The notes beneath the pieces are model-generated. The model worked only from the letters and a program-made list of their open reading frames with translations, searched no databases and was not told where the DNA came from. Of a DNA stretch of 64,000 bases, positions 53,461-63,770 are shown in pieces. The stretch covers positions 352,001 through 416,000 of the forward strand of contig JBMNIW010000012.1 of NCBI GenBank assembly GCA_050951325.1, written 5' to 3'. The DNA is from Clostridia bacterium (GTDB taxonomy: Bacteria; Bacillota; Clostridia; UBA1212; DUPL01). The stretch's first letter is position 1. Each line of letters begins with the position of its first letter. Both the position numbers and the translations under genes were made by a program.

Positions 53461-53805
53461 TTATTTCTTCGGAAAGTCGTAGACTTTGCCATCGTATGTT
53501 ACTGAAAATACATCATTTTCAACTTTGAACTTAACCTTGATTTCATCCCCGACTTTGATGTTTTCGTTTACCGGATTTTCCTCAAACACTTCTTCGACGA
53601 CAAGGCTTAGCTCATCATCATTAACCTTGTATGTCCCCTTTATTGCTCCGTCCTTGTCCTTTATTTCAAACGTATTGTCGTCTTTCAGGATGATCGTCAT
53701 GTTGTCATCCGCCCATGTGCCGACATAGGGCTTTTTTTCTTGTTGACAGGACACAAGAGCAACAATCAACAATAATGGCAATAAAATCTTGAAATGCTTT
53801 TTCAT
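53461..53805 (-). CDS. Small lipoprotein of unknown function
   Basis: MKKHFKILLPLLLIVALVSC lipobox; VGTW and GTYKV beta motifs; start trimmed to Met 53805. Confidence 0.75.
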   Translation of the reverse strand: MKKHFKILLPLLLIVALVSCQQEKKPYVGTWADDNMTIILKDDNTFEIKDKDGAIKGTYKVNDDELSLVVEEVFEENPVNENIKVGDEIKVKFKVENDVFSVTYDGKVYDFPKK

Positions 53806-53809
53806 TGAA

Positions 53810-54727
53810 CTAGCTCCTTTCATTTTTCTCAATAAAATCTTTGAACTTCTTGTTCATTTCGCTGAAGTTGTTAAAAGTACGTTTAAACATATAATTGTTA
53901 TAAGCATTATACACTTTAGTATAGCTGCATTTCAAGAGTCCGGCGCATTTTCTAAACGAATTGCCCTTGCTGACGAGGGAAAAGACGATATACCCAAACA
54001 TATTTTCATCATTCAAGGACTTGGATAAGATTTTCTCGCGTGTCTTTGGGAACATTGAAAAGAGATTCTCCGGTAATTTGAAATAATCAGCTAGTATGGA
54101 ATTGATCAGCTTTTGATTAGGATCCTCTTCCATATTAATACTCTTTGACTCAGATAAAACTTCTTGATAATCGGGATATCCCCTGTTGAAAACAGCCTTT
54201 GCAAATTCGTATGGAGTCTTCCCGCAATTATAAACCATGTAGATTTCATCCTTTGAAATCAGGTCTCCGTATTCCCATTTGTCTGTCAGGAATGCTTTAA
54301 TTCCGCTCCATTGGTATGTAATACAATCTGCAAAGTCTTTCTTGCCATCAATGGCAATAGCAAAAAATGTGTTCATGAAATCGTCGACAGACCTTATCAT
54401 GCGAATTAACGCACTGTGCTCGGCAAAATTATCAATCATCGCCATAAAAACCGAGTAACTTGCAAAGAAAAGCCTAAGATCTTTTTGGATATTGCAAAGA
54501 GTGCAATTGCCTATAATCAGTTGTAACGAATCGTCTGAACAACTCACTGCATAAATCTTATAGCCTTTTTCTGCAAAATGCCTCCTCAAGGTTCTGAAAC
54601 AACGATGTTTTGAGTTGTTTCCTAAAAAGAGATCATCGCCTTGAAGTTTTACATGAAAGCCAAATTCAGGTATGTCCAGTTCACCGTCTAAAACATAATC
54701 AGAACAATACACTTTACTAATATCCAC
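53810..54727 (-). CDS. Degenerate REP-associated tyrosine transposase (Y1/RAYT)-like protein with C-terminal HTH
   Basis: FHVKLQG..LF...KGYKIYAV, ASYS, YQWS follow RAYT motif order, but HUH and catalytic Tyr are absent; intact ORF with AAGGAGG RBS. Confidence 0.55.
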   Translation of the reverse strand: MDISKVYCSDYVLDGELDIPEFGFHVKLQGDDLFLGNNSKHRCFRTLRRHFAEKGYKIYAVSCSDDSLQLIIGNCTLCNIQKDLRLFFASYSVFMAMIDNFAEHSALIRMIRSVDDFMNTFFAIAIDGKKDFADCITYQWSGIKAFLTDKWEYGDLISKDEIYMVYNCGKTPYEFAKAVFNRGYPDYQEVLSESKSINMEEDPNQKLINSILADYFKLPENLFSMFPKTREKILSKSLNDENMFGYIVFSLVSKGNSFRKCAGLLKCSYTKVYNAYNNYMFKRTFNNFSEMNKKFKDFIEKNERS

Positions 54728-54997
54728 TTTATTCCTCCTTTTTTTCGTTATTGATAGTTATATATTAAACATAAAAACATATGTTGTCAACCTTTAATTT
54801 TAATATATTTCACACGAAATGCATAGATGCTATAATTTGAAATTAAAGGTAATAAATTAAAAATATTTACAAATGCAATTTTCAAATGATATAATACATA
54901 CCAAATTGGGATAATTATATATCAAAAAAAGACTATGAAATATTGTACCTAATGGTATAATATATATATATTACATACAAAAAGAAGGATTGATGAG

Positions 54998-56032
54998 ATG
55001 AAGAGCGAAGAAAAAGAAATCAAACTCAGAAAATTTATAATTATTTTGGCAATAGCAGCAATGTGTCTTGTTATGGCAACAATTTTAAATGAATGCGCAA
55101 GAGACTTGGACTCATTGGCACATAAACCAACAAGTTCACCTACGGACGAGCCGATTAATACGGCGACCCCTGAAGCAAGCCCTACACCGAATCCAACTGA
55201 GACTGCAACAGAAGAGCCCACTCCAACACCGACACCTACTCCAACCCCAACACCAACATTCGTTCCTGATGGCGAATACTCGCAAAATGAAAAGTATTTT
55301 GGGAAGAAAGTTATTGTGTTAACCTTTGATGACGGTCCGCATAGAATAATCACAGACAGGCTGTTGGACGGATTGAAGGAGAGAGGAGTTAAAGCAACAT
55401 TTTTTGTAACAGCAATAGGAAGAACTAATTCAGACTGGGAATCTGATAAAAGGATACTTAATAGAATGATAGAAGAAGGACATGAGATAGGAAATCACAC
55501 GCAGGAACACAAAAGGTTGACTGAGATATCCGATGAAGAAATCAGGGAACAGCTTGGAATAGTACATGAACGTGTCAAAGAAATGACAGGTTATGATATA
55601 AAAATTTTCAGGCCGCCTGGGGGGCGTGATAACGAAGCCGTACGTGAGGTTGCAAATATGCCATCCATCAAGTGGAGCGTGGACACAAGAGATTGGGAGC
55701 ATCTGAACGAGACTGCCTTGATGAAATACGCAGAAGAAAATGATATGACGTATGAGGAGGCAAGACAGGATAGAATCCAATATATATTGGATGCTCTAAT
55801 GCGAAGAATATATGATACGGAGATTTCATACAACAGCATAAAGCATGGGTCAATCCTGCTTTTCCATGACTTGTATGATGCTACTGTAGATTTGGTTCTT
55901 GCCTTGGTTGATGAGCTGATGGAATCCGATGAATATGTATTCCTAACTGTAAGCGAGGCTATAGAATCAGAAGGAATCGTTCCGGTATCAGGACATGTAT
56001 ACGATACAATATGGCCACGTCAAAGCGTGTAA
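54998..56032 (+). CDS. Polysaccharide deacetylase (CE4, NodB homology), N-anchored with PT linker
   Basis: LTFDDGP, ATFF, HEIGNHTQEH, FRPPGG, WSVDTRDW, ILLFHD. Confidence 0.92.
   Translation: MKSEEKEIKLRKFIIILAIAAMCLVMATILNECARDLDSLAHKPTSSPTDEPINTATPEASPTPNPTETATEEPTPTPTPTPTPTPTFVPDGEYSQNEKYFGKKVIVLTFDDGPHRIITDRLLDGLKERGVKATFFVTAIGRTNSDWESDKRILNRMIEEGHEIGNHTQEHKRLTEISDEEIREQLGIVHERVKEMTGYDIKIFRPPGGRDNEAVREVANMPSIKWSVDTRDWEHLNETALMKYAEENDMTYEEARQDRIQYILDALMRRIYDTEISYNSIKHGSILLFHDLYDATVDLVLALVDELMESDEYVFLTVSEAIESEGIVPVSGHVYDTIWPRQSV
55217..55258 (+). repeat. Pro-Thr codon repeat (linker)
   Basis: CCN-ACN repeats encoding PTPTPTPTPTPTPT. Confidence 0.75.
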
Positions 56033-56101
56033 ATAATCAACATAGTGTAAATGGCAGTGCAATATAATTTAGGGACCAACTTTTTTAGGGGGGGGAAAAA
56101 T

Positions 56102-57091
56102 ATGGTTAAGTTAAAAAGGAAGTTTGGAGACAGATATGACGGATATAGAGTAAGAAATGTAGATCCGTTTTTTCTCCTCATACCTTATATAATGAAAACA
56201 AGAGTAGACAGCCAGGTATATTTTTCCGACAGGATAGAGATAACAGAATTGGAGAGGTTTGTGAGGAAACATGCGGGAACGGACATTAAAGGATTGAAAA
56301 TGTACCATGTTCTAACCGCTGCCATTGTAAGACTTTTATCCCAGAGACCTTATCTGAACAGATTTGTATCAGGAAACAAGTTATACGCACGCAACCACAT
56401 CAGCATTTCCATGTCGGTGAAGAAGAACATGACGGAAGAGGCTGAAACTACAGTAGTAAAGCCAATGTTTGAGCCTACGGATTCACTTTCGGACATAGTA
56501 CGGAAATTCAGTGAAGAAGTAGATAAGAACAAGATAATTGAAGCTCAGAACCAGACGGATTTTACAGCAAAACTAATAGGGCGCCTTCCAAGTTTCTTAA
56601 TCAGGGGAGTCATCACAATACTTCACAACATGGACAAGATTGGTCTTCTTCCAAAGGCCATAAACAAGGTAAGTCCCTTCCATACAAGTGTATTCATAAC
56701 CAACATGGGCTCTCTTGGAATCAAATCAATATACCATCACATATATGAATTTGGAACCACTTCGATATTTGTAGCAATGGGAAAGAAATATTCAAGAATG
56801 GAATTGGACAATGATGGTAATGCTATAAAAAGAAAGTATATTGATATAAAAGTGGTGGCAGATGAACGTATATGTGACGGCTATTATTACGCTTTGTCAA
56901 TGAGGATGCTTTCTAAAATTCTGAAAAATCCTGAAATTCTTTTGGATAAACCTGATACTATAATGCTGGATGATGGTATAATATTAAAGGGAAGATTAAG
57001 TAAAGAGCAAATGGAGAGTCTTGATGACTATTCATATACTGTACCAAAAGAAGACATGGATATAGGAGAGTTAAAGAAGGAGATAATATGA
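56102..57091 (+). CDS. Stand-alone 2-oxoacid dehydrogenase E2-like acyltransferase domain protein
   Basis: PYLNRFV, FITNMGSLG, DERICDG where E2 has DHRxxDG; no lipoyl domain. Confidence 0.72.
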   Translation: MVKLKRKFGDRYDGYRVRNVDPFFLLIPYIMKTRVDSQVYFSDRIEITELERFVRKHAGTDIKGLKMYHVLTAAIVRLLSQRPYLNRFVSGNKLYARNHISISMSVKKNMTEEAETTVVKPMFEPTDSLSDIVRKFSEEVDKNKIIEAQNQTDFTAKLIGRLPSFLIRGVITILHNMDKIGLLPKAINKVSPFHTSVFITNMGSLGIKSIYHHIYEFGTTSIFVAMGKKYSRMELDNDGNAIKRKYIDIKVVADERICDGYYYALSMRMLSKILKNPEILLDKPDTIMLDDGIILKGRLSKEQMESLDDYSYTVPKEDMDIGELKKEII

Positions 57092-57633
57092 AAAGGAATC
57101 ATTGTGGCATTCTTGTGATGATAATAGCTATCTTTCTTACAATAAGTTTTGCAGGCTGCTCATCGCCACAAAAGGAAGATGGCAAGCATATGGACAATGA
57201 AGAGAAAGAGCTGTATGGAAGAATTGTTCCTCCAGAAGGGTTTGTGGAAGGAACGAGTGAGACAGAGAATGTTATGGCGACGTACAAAAAGGACATGGCC
57301 AACATTACTCTACTGCGCACCTATGTTGGTTCTGATGAAACGCTTGAAGAGTATGTGAGGGACAGTAGGGAAAAGTATGAAGACGATGTACTTCACTTCA
57401 TGGAGTTTGAGTTTGTGGACACGGATGGACTAGAATATTCAGGCAGCGACAAGGATGCAATAGCCTTTGAAGCTCTTCAGGACAAAGTGATGCGAAAGTA
57501 CTGGGTCGTTATTGTATTGCATGCTGAATACGCTTTTGAGATAATATGCAACGCTCCGAAGAATGAGTTTGATGAATATGCAACCAGTTTCAATGCAGCA
57601 ATATCTTCCTTTGAAATATTTGAAAGTAAATAA
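57088..57633 (+). CDS. Lipoprotein of unknown function (possible PsbP/DcrB-like fold)
   Basis: Lipobox FAGC; acidic; ends F...ISSFEI; overlaps upstream stop. Confidence 0.6.
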   Translation: MKRNHCGILVMIIAIFLTISFAGCSSPQKEDGKHMDNEEKELYGRIVPPEGFVEGTSETENVMATYKKDMANITLLRTYVGSDETLEEYVRDSREKYEDDVLHFMEFEFVDTDGLEYSGSDKDAIAFEALQDKVMRKYWVVIVLHAEYAFEIICNAPKNEFDEYATSFNAAISSFEIFESK

Positions 57634-57784
57634 TATCTCTTTTGTATATTGATTAACTGACAAGCTCAAGAACACGGGCTTGTCTTTTTTTATGTAATTT
57701 TACTTGTACAAACCTGTATAATATTTGCTTGTCATGAATAAAATTCACTGAGGCATCTGCCGCCAACAATACTGGAAAGGTGAG

Positions 57785-60292
57785 TTGAGTTACTTGGTGG
57801 ATAAAATGATAGGACTTACTTCAAAAGAAGCGCATAACAGACTCTTGAAGTATGGGAAAAACAATATTCAGGTAAAGAAAAAAGTGCCTGCTATTGCCAT
57901 TTTCTTTCAGCAATTTATTGACGTTATGACAATAATACTTATGTTCTGTACCGTGATATCCGCATTCATGGGAGATCTCGTAGAAGCTGTTGTCATGATA
58001 TCAATTGTTGTTTTAAATGCTATACTGGGTTTTGTCCAGGAGTTCAGAACGGAAAGAACCATAGAAGCATTAAGGAACATGAGTGCTCAAAAGGCAACGG
58101 TTATTCGTGACGGAGCGGAAATCCATATACCTGCTGAAAACATAGTGCCGGGAGATTTGGTTGTGGTAAACTCCGGAGACAAGGTGCCTGCTGACGGTAA
58201 AATTATCGAGTCGCCAGGAGTTAATGTGGACGAATCCATGCTTACCGGGGAATCAATAGCTGTATTCAAGGAGGAAGGTACTCTTTATGGAGGCACACTT
58301 GTAACCAGCGGGCATGCAATAATGGAAGTAACAGAGACGGGAATGAAAACCGAGATGGGAAAAATCTCGCAAATGATACAGGATGTAAAGGAAGAGGAAA
58401 CTCCTTTACAGAAAAGACTTGCTGCAATTGGTAAATATATTGTAATTTGCTGTATTGTTGTTTGTATTGGTGTTGTGATAGTTGGTCTTGTAAGAGGTCA
58501 GCCAGCACTTGAAATGCTACTTGCGGGAATAAGCCTGGCTGTGGCTGCGGTGCCGGAAGGATTGCCTGCAATTGTGACCATCTCCCTTGCTCTAGGAGTT
58601 CAGCAGATGGCAGAAAGAAACGCTCTTATACGAAAACTTCCTGCTGTGGAGACCCTGGGAAGCACCAACATAATCTGCTCGGACAAAACCGGTACACTTA
58701 CCCAGAATAAAATGACAGTCAGAAAATTCGTTACACTGGGCGAAGTTTTTTCGGGCACAAACTATGAAGTGGACGAAAAGAGACTCTTTGATATATCCAG
58801 ATACGCCAACAATCACAGTGACGCAACAGAACTCGCATTGATTAAAGCAACGGAAGCCCATGGAGACGACAGGTTTGAAAGAATAGGAGAAATACCTTTT
58901 GATTCAGCCAGAAAATGCATGTCTGTTATAGTACAGGATAAAAACGGTGCTCGGTACATTTTCACAAAAGGCGCTCCGGATGTGGTTGTAAGGAAAAGCA
59001 CGTTTTATCAGGAAAACGGAGCAACAAGAAAAATGTCAACTTCAACTCAAAGAAAAATCATGCTGCATAACAACCAGCTTGCCCGGGACGGTTTGAGGGT
59101 TCTTGCCATGGCGTGGAGAAAGCTCGGTCCTGGTGATAATCTACCTTATGATGATCTGGAAAAGGATCTTGTCTTTGTAGGTATGGCAGGTCTCATTGAT
59201 CCTCCAAGACCCGAGGTCAAGGATGCGGTTGCCTTGTGCAAAAAGGCTGGTATAAAGACAATTATGATAACGGGCGACCATAAGATTACTGCCAGTGTGA
59301 TTGCAAAAGAACTGGATATAATGCAAAAGGGCGATAGAATAATTACGGGAGAAGAACTGGAAAGGATGAGTGATACAGAACTTGAAAATGTTGTTGAAAA
59401 AACAGCAGTATTTGCAAGAGTTCTGCCGGTACATAAACTTAGAATAGTAAGAGCGCTTAAAAAGAAAAGCCATATAGTCGCCATGACAGGTGATGGTGTA
59501 AACGATGCGCCTGCCGTTAAAGAAGCAGATATAGGGATTGCCATGGGTATTAGTGGTACGGATGTAACAAGAGAAGCATCAGCCATGGTTCTTATGGATG
59601 ATAATTTTGCCACAATAGTTTCGGCAGTAAGACAAGGTAGAGGAATATATTCAAATATCAAGAAGTTTATTAGATACATGCTTTCATGCAATTTGGGCGA
59701 AGTTATAACAATGTTTGTAGGTATTATGATAGGTATACCTCTTCCACTTCTTCCTATACAGATTCTGTGGGTAAACCTTGTAACGGATGGTCTTCCCGGT
59801 ATTGCCTTGGGTCTTGACCCAGCGGACAAAGACATAATGGAAAAACCTCCCGTCAAGGCAACGGACAGCATTTTCAACATGGTAATGCTTTGGAACATAA
59901 CTTTCCGAGGTATTCTTACGGGATTGTGTACACTAGGCTCATATTTGGCGGTGTATGAAATGACGCAGCTGGTATCTTATGCTAGAACGGCGGCCTTCAT
60001 TACACTGGTTCTTATCCAGTTGGTGTACTCCTTTGAGTGCAGAAGCGATACAAAGGTATTGGGAGAAATTGATATACGTGAAAACATGCTCCTTATTGCA
60101 GCCAATGCAATATCGCTTCTAATGATGCTGGCGGTAGTGTACATAACTCCCCTGCAAATAATTTTCAGAACGGTACCGGTATCAATAACCGAGTGGATGG
60201 TAATACTCGTATTTACAGCCATAGGTCCCGTACTGGGAGGATTGTTTCCTGGACATATTTTTGCCCGCCTTGATAAGAAACACAAAAAGTAG
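57785..60292 (+). CDS. Cation (Ca2+)-transporting P2A-type ATPase, YloB-like
   Basis: TGES, PEGL, DKTGT, KGAP, TGDGVND, QILWVNLVTDG; exact start uncertain. Confidence 0.9.
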   Translation: MSYLVDKMIGLTSKEAHNRLLKYGKNNIQVKKKVPAIAIFFQQFIDVMTIILMFCTVISAFMGDLVEAVVMISIVVLNAILGFVQEFRTERTIEALRNMSAQKATVIRDGAEIHIPAENIVPGDLVVVNSGDKVPADGKIIESPGVNVDESMLTGESIAVFKEEGTLYGGTLVTSGHAIMEVTETGMKTEMGKISQMIQDVKEEETPLQKRLAAIGKYIVICCIVVCIGVVIVGLVRGQPALEMLLAGISLAVAAVPEGLPAIVTISLALGVQQMAERNALIRKLPAVETLGSTNIICSDKTGTLTQNKMTVRKFVTLGEVFSGTNYEVDEKRLFDISRYANNHSDATELALIKATEAHGDDRFERIGEIPFDSARKCMSVIVQDKNGARYIFTKGAPDVVVRKSTFYQENGATRKMSTSTQRKIMLHNNQLARDGLRVLAMAWRKLGPGDNLPYDDLEKDLVFVGMAGLIDPPRPEVKDAVALCKKAGIKTIMITGDHKITASVIAKELDIMQKGDRIITGEELERMSDTELENVVEKTAVFARVLPVHKLRIVRALKKKSHIVAMTGDGVNDAPAVKEADIGIAMGISGTDVTREASAMVLMDDNFATIVSAVRQGRGIYSNIKKFIRYMLSCNLGEVITMFVGIMIGIPLPLLPIQILWVNLVTDGLPGIALGLDPADKDIMEKPPVKATDSIFNMVMLWNITFRGILTGLCTLGSYLAVYEMTQLVSYARTAAFITLVLIQLVYSFECRSDTKVLGEIDIRENMLLIAANAISLLMMLAVVYITPLQIIFRTVPVSITEWMVILVFTAIGPVLGGLFPGHIFARLDKKHKK

Positions 60293-60321
60293 TACAATGA
60301 TACCATTGGAGGAGAAAAACA

Positions 60322-62124
60322 ATGGAATTCAATGTACAGGAAGAGTTAAACAAGGTTCCTTCAAAACCCGGCGTATACCTGATGAGAAACGCAAAAGATA
60401 CGGTAATATACGTTGGAAAAGCAAAAGTGTTGAAAAACCGACTGAGGCAGTACTTCCAAAAAGGTGCTCACAACGAGCGCGTTACAAAAATGGTTTCGAA
60501 TATAAAGAGGTTTGAATATATAGTAACGGATAGCGAATATGAAGCATTAATTCTTGAATGTAATTTGATTAAACGCTATAAACCCAAATACAACGTCCTT
60601 CTCAAAAATGACAATGACTACCCATATATCAAGGTAACAGTCAATGAAGATTTTCCAAGAGTTCTTTTGGCAAGAAGGGTTGAAAACGATGGTGCAAAAT
60701 ACTTTGGACCCTACTACAGCTCGGCAAGCGTATATACTACAATTGACGCATTGAATAGAATTTTCCCATTAAGAAGTTGCAAAAAGGACATAAGGGAAGG
60801 AAAAAAGGACAGGGTTTGTCTTAATTATCATATTGGGTTGTGCTCGGGACCTTGCGGCGGTCATATCACCAAGAAAGAGTATGGTGAGATAGTTCAGCAG
60901 GTAATTGACTTTCTATCCGGCAAAGCTGATTACATCAAGGATATGTTGGAGCGGCAAATGCTTCAGCATGCTGAAAGGCTGGACTTTGAGATGGCAGCGG
61001 TATACAGGGAAAGATTGAAGGCTTTGAATATGATAACCGAAAAACAGAAAATGGCGTCCATATCTGAAGATGATTTTGATGTAGTTGCAATAGCAAAGAA
61101 TGATGTGGATGCATCTTTGCAGATATTCTATGTAAGGGATGGAAAGGTATCAGGCAGGAATAATTACTTCTTCCCGGGTTCCGGACTGGAAGAGGATGCT
61201 GAGATTGTTGTATCGTTTATAAAGCAGTTTTATGATGATAACAAATTCATACCCCCAAGAATATATTCCGAAACACATATAGAGGAAGAGGAGAAGAGTC
61301 TGCTTAGCAGCTGGCTGACAGAAAAAAGAGGATACAAATGCGAAATAATTATCCCTCAAAGAGGAGACAAGCACAAGCTTGCCCATATGGTGAAGGAGAA
61401 TGCAAAAATATCCCTGAAGAACATGGATGTCAAGAATTTTGACTCTTTGGAAAGACTAAAGGAAGTGTTGGAACTAGAAAGCATACCTCTTAGAATAGAG
61501 GCCTTTGACATATCCAACACCGGTGACAGCGAGATAAATGCTTCCAGGGTTGTTTTTGAAAAAGGAAGGCCTAACAAGAAGGAATACAGAAGATACAAGA
61601 TAAGGACCTTGGATGGAAGGGACGACTATAGAGCAATGAGAGAGGTCATATCCAGACGCTTTGGAAACAGTGAGGAACAGCTGCCCGACCTTGTACTTGT
61701 AGATGGAGGTCTTGGACAGGTAAACTCGGCTCTGGAAGCGCTGGAGGAGCTTGATATAACTGTGCCTGTGTATGGAATGGTTAAGGACAACAAGCACAGG
61801 ACGAGGGGAATAGTAAGCGAAAGCGGTGAGTTTCAGCTGAACAAGGACCCTGACTTGTGGAGATTCATATCGTCCATACAAAACGAAGCTCACAGGTTTG
61901 CGATAGAATATAATAGAAAGCTGACAGAAAAGAGGTACAAGAAAAGTGCACTAGATGACATTCCCGGCATAGGAGAGAAAAGAAAGATGAATCTTTACAA
62001 GCATTTTGGCTCAATGCAAGGTATAAAGGATGCAAAAATTGAAGATCTTCTAAAAGTCAAGGGAATGACAAAACAAGCTGCGGAAAATGTGTATAAACAT
62101 TTTCATTCGGAGGAGGTGGACTAG
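60322..62124 (+). CDS. uvrC: Excinuclease ABC subunit C
   Basis: PGVYLM..YVGKAK GIY-YIG, UVR domain, RIEAFDIS, VDGGLGQ, EAHRFA, HhH. Confidence 0.98.
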   Translation: MEFNVQEELNKVPSKPGVYLMRNAKDTVIYVGKAKVLKNRLRQYFQKGAHNERVTKMVSNIKRFEYIVTDSEYEALILECNLIKRYKPKYNVLLKNDNDYPYIKVTVNEDFPRVLLARRVENDGAKYFGPYYSSASVYTTIDALNRIFPLRSCKKDIREGKKDRVCLNYHIGLCSGPCGGHITKKEYGEIVQQVIDFLSGKADYIKDMLERQMLQHAERLDFEMAAVYRERLKALNMITEKQKMASISEDDFDVVAIAKNDVDASLQIFYVRDGKVSGRNNYFFPGSGLEEDAEIVVSFIKQFYDDNKFIPPRIYSETHIEEEEKSLLSSWLTEKRGYKCEIIIPQRGDKHKLAHMVKENAKISLKNMDVKNFDSLERLKEVLELESIPLRIEAFDISNTGDSEINASRVVFEKGRPNKKEYRRYKIRTLDGRDDYRAMREVISRRFGNSEEQLPDLVLVDGGLGQVNSALEALEELDITVPVYGMVKDNKHRTRGIVSESGEFQLNKDPDLWRFISSIQNEAHRFAIEYNRKLTEKRYKKSALDDIPGIGEKRKMNLYKHFGSMQGIKDAKIEDLLKVKGMTKQAAENVYKHFHSEEVD

Positions 62125-62846
62125 TGTCCGTATACGCCATATCAGACCTTCATCTAGCTTTTTTCACCGAGAAACCCATGGACATATTTGGTGAACATTG
62201 GGAAGATCATGCAGCCAAGATAAAGGAAAACTGGACAAGGGTCATTAGGGAGGACGATTTGGTTGTCCTGCCTGGGGACATATCTTGGGCAATGACTCTG
62301 GATGAGTTTCTTTCAGACATTATGTTCATCGAGGAATTGCCGGGATATAAAATAATATCAAAAGGCAATCACGATTATTGGTGGCAGACAGCTAAAAAAT
62401 TAAGGGAGTTTAAAAACCAGCATAATATTAAGACTGTTACTTTTCTTCACAACAATGCTTACATTTTTGAGCATGAAGGAAAGGAATACGCCATTTGTGC
62501 AACCAGAGGATGGAAGTGTCCTGGTGATAGTGATTTTACCCAGGATGACATGAAAGTGTATAAAAGGGAGATGCAAAGGCTTGAAACCTCCATCAAGAAA
62601 GGAAGGAATGGAGATAGGGAAATGCTGGTGTTTATACACTATCCACCTTTTAACAATAAAAAGGAGGAGTCGGGATTTACTGAAATATTGGAGAGATATG
62701 GGATTAATAGATGTTTTTATGGACATTTGCACGGCAAAATGGTGCATGAAAAAGCTCTCATTGGAAAACTTAATGATGAGAGCTTGACGGAATATTATCT
62801 GGTTTCATGCGATTATTTAGGATTCAATCCTTTTAAGATTCTTTAG
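62124..62846 (+). CDS. Calcineurin-like metallophosphoesterase
   Basis: SDLH, GDISW, KGNHDYWW, HYPP, YGHLH. Confidence 0.9.
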   Translation: MSVYAISDLHLAFFTEKPMDIFGEHWEDHAAKIKENWTRVIREDDLVVLPGDISWAMTLDEFLSDIMFIEELPGYKIISKGNHDYWWQTAKKLREFKNQHNIKTVTFLHNNAYIFEHEGKEYAICATRGWKCPGDSDFTQDDMKVYKREMQRLETSIKKGRNGDREMLVFIHYPPFNNKKEESGFTEILERYGINRCFYGHLHGKMVHEKALIGKLNDESLTEYYLVSCDYLGFNPFKIL

Positions 62847-63755
62847 TTTGTGATCAGGCACCAGGACATTGATTGCATTTGGCACAACCTCTGCCCTGAA
62901 AGGTAGACTACCTCCCAGTTCCCCATCGTAATCGTAAGGAATTGAGATGGATTCATCCATACATGAGATGGTTAGGGATTTTGTTTGAAAATACTTTACT
63001 TTCGGATGCTGGATATGTGTGTTCATCCTAATCTGCATCATCATAGGGATGATATCCACAAAATCCGGCTTTTTTATTAGTATCACATCCAACAAACCGT
63101 CATTAATTCTTGCCTTAGGCAGAAGGCCGGAAAAACCACCTACATTGGGAGAATTCGAAACAATAAAAAGAAAGACATCTTCTTCAATCTTTTTGTTGTC
63201 ATACTCAACCTTTATAGGGAAGCTCTTGAATTTGTATGTGGTAAAGTCCTTTGCACCCTCCAGATAGTATGCAAATCTGCCCAGGGCTGTTTTGGCTTCT
63301 ATGGAAACCTTGTGGGCTACCTCGCTCAAGGTGCCTCCTGCAGTAACATTAAGAAAATATTCGTCGTCGTTCACCTTGCCTACGTCACAAGGAACAACAT
63401 TGAAGCTTTTTATCATTTTGCACAGTCCGACTGTATCTCTGGGGAGTCCCAGGTGTGTAGCAAAATCGTTCATGGTACCTGCGGGAAGGATGCATAATGG
63501 AGTTTTAGATCCTCCTTTTATAAGACCATTTACAGCTTCGTTTGCCGTACCATCCCCACCAACCACCATAACAAAGTCATACTCTCCAGGCTTGATGTCA
63601 AGTGCAATCTTGTATGCGTCATACTTTTCTGTTGTGTACTGCAGATATGCACCTGTAAGAACTCCTTCCGAAGATAGCTTGTGCATTGCCATTATGGCAG
63701 AGCGTTGGAAGTTCTTCATTCCAGAAGATGGATTGACAATAACCTTACACTTCAT
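62817..63755 (-). CDS. Diacylglycerol kinase family lipid kinase (YegS/DagK)
   Basis: VNPSSG, GGDGTANE, PAGTMNDFA, DGLLDV, DGE. Confidence 0.9.
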   Translation of the reverse strand: MKCKVIVNPSSGMKNFQRSAIMAMHKLSSEGVLTGAYLQYTTEKYDAYKIALDIKPGEYDFVMVVGGDGTANEAVNGLIKGGSKTPLCILPAGTMNDFATHLGLPRDTVGLCKMIKSFNVVPCDVGKVNDDEYFLNVTAGGTLSEVAHKVSIEAKTALGRFAYYLEGAKDFTTYKFKSFPIKVEYDNKKIEEDVFLFIVSNSPNVGGFSGLLPKARINDGLLDVILIKKPDFVDIIPMMMQIRMNTHIQHPKVKYFQTKSLTISCMDESISIPYDYDGELGGSLPFRAEVVPNAINVLVPDHKLKNLKRIES

Positions 63756-63770
63756 TTATGTTACCTCCGT

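Noticed and set aside
53110-53505. 131-aa plus-strand ORF or type I toxin
   Set aside because: Runs through hairpins, overlaps the lipoprotein gene antisense, and lacks a short hydrophobic toxin-like peptide
55217-55258. Tandem repeat as a contingency locus
   Set aside because: Synonymously diverged PT-linker codons, not a perfect slippage repeat
59146-59898. 250-aa antisense ORF inside the P-type ATPase
   Set aside because: Shadow ORF opposite conserved ATPase motifs; the same applies to the many other short antisense ORFs in the track
62817-62846. 30-nt convergent gene overlap (also 15860-15879)
   Set aside because: Short tail-to-tail overlaps are common and imply no special function
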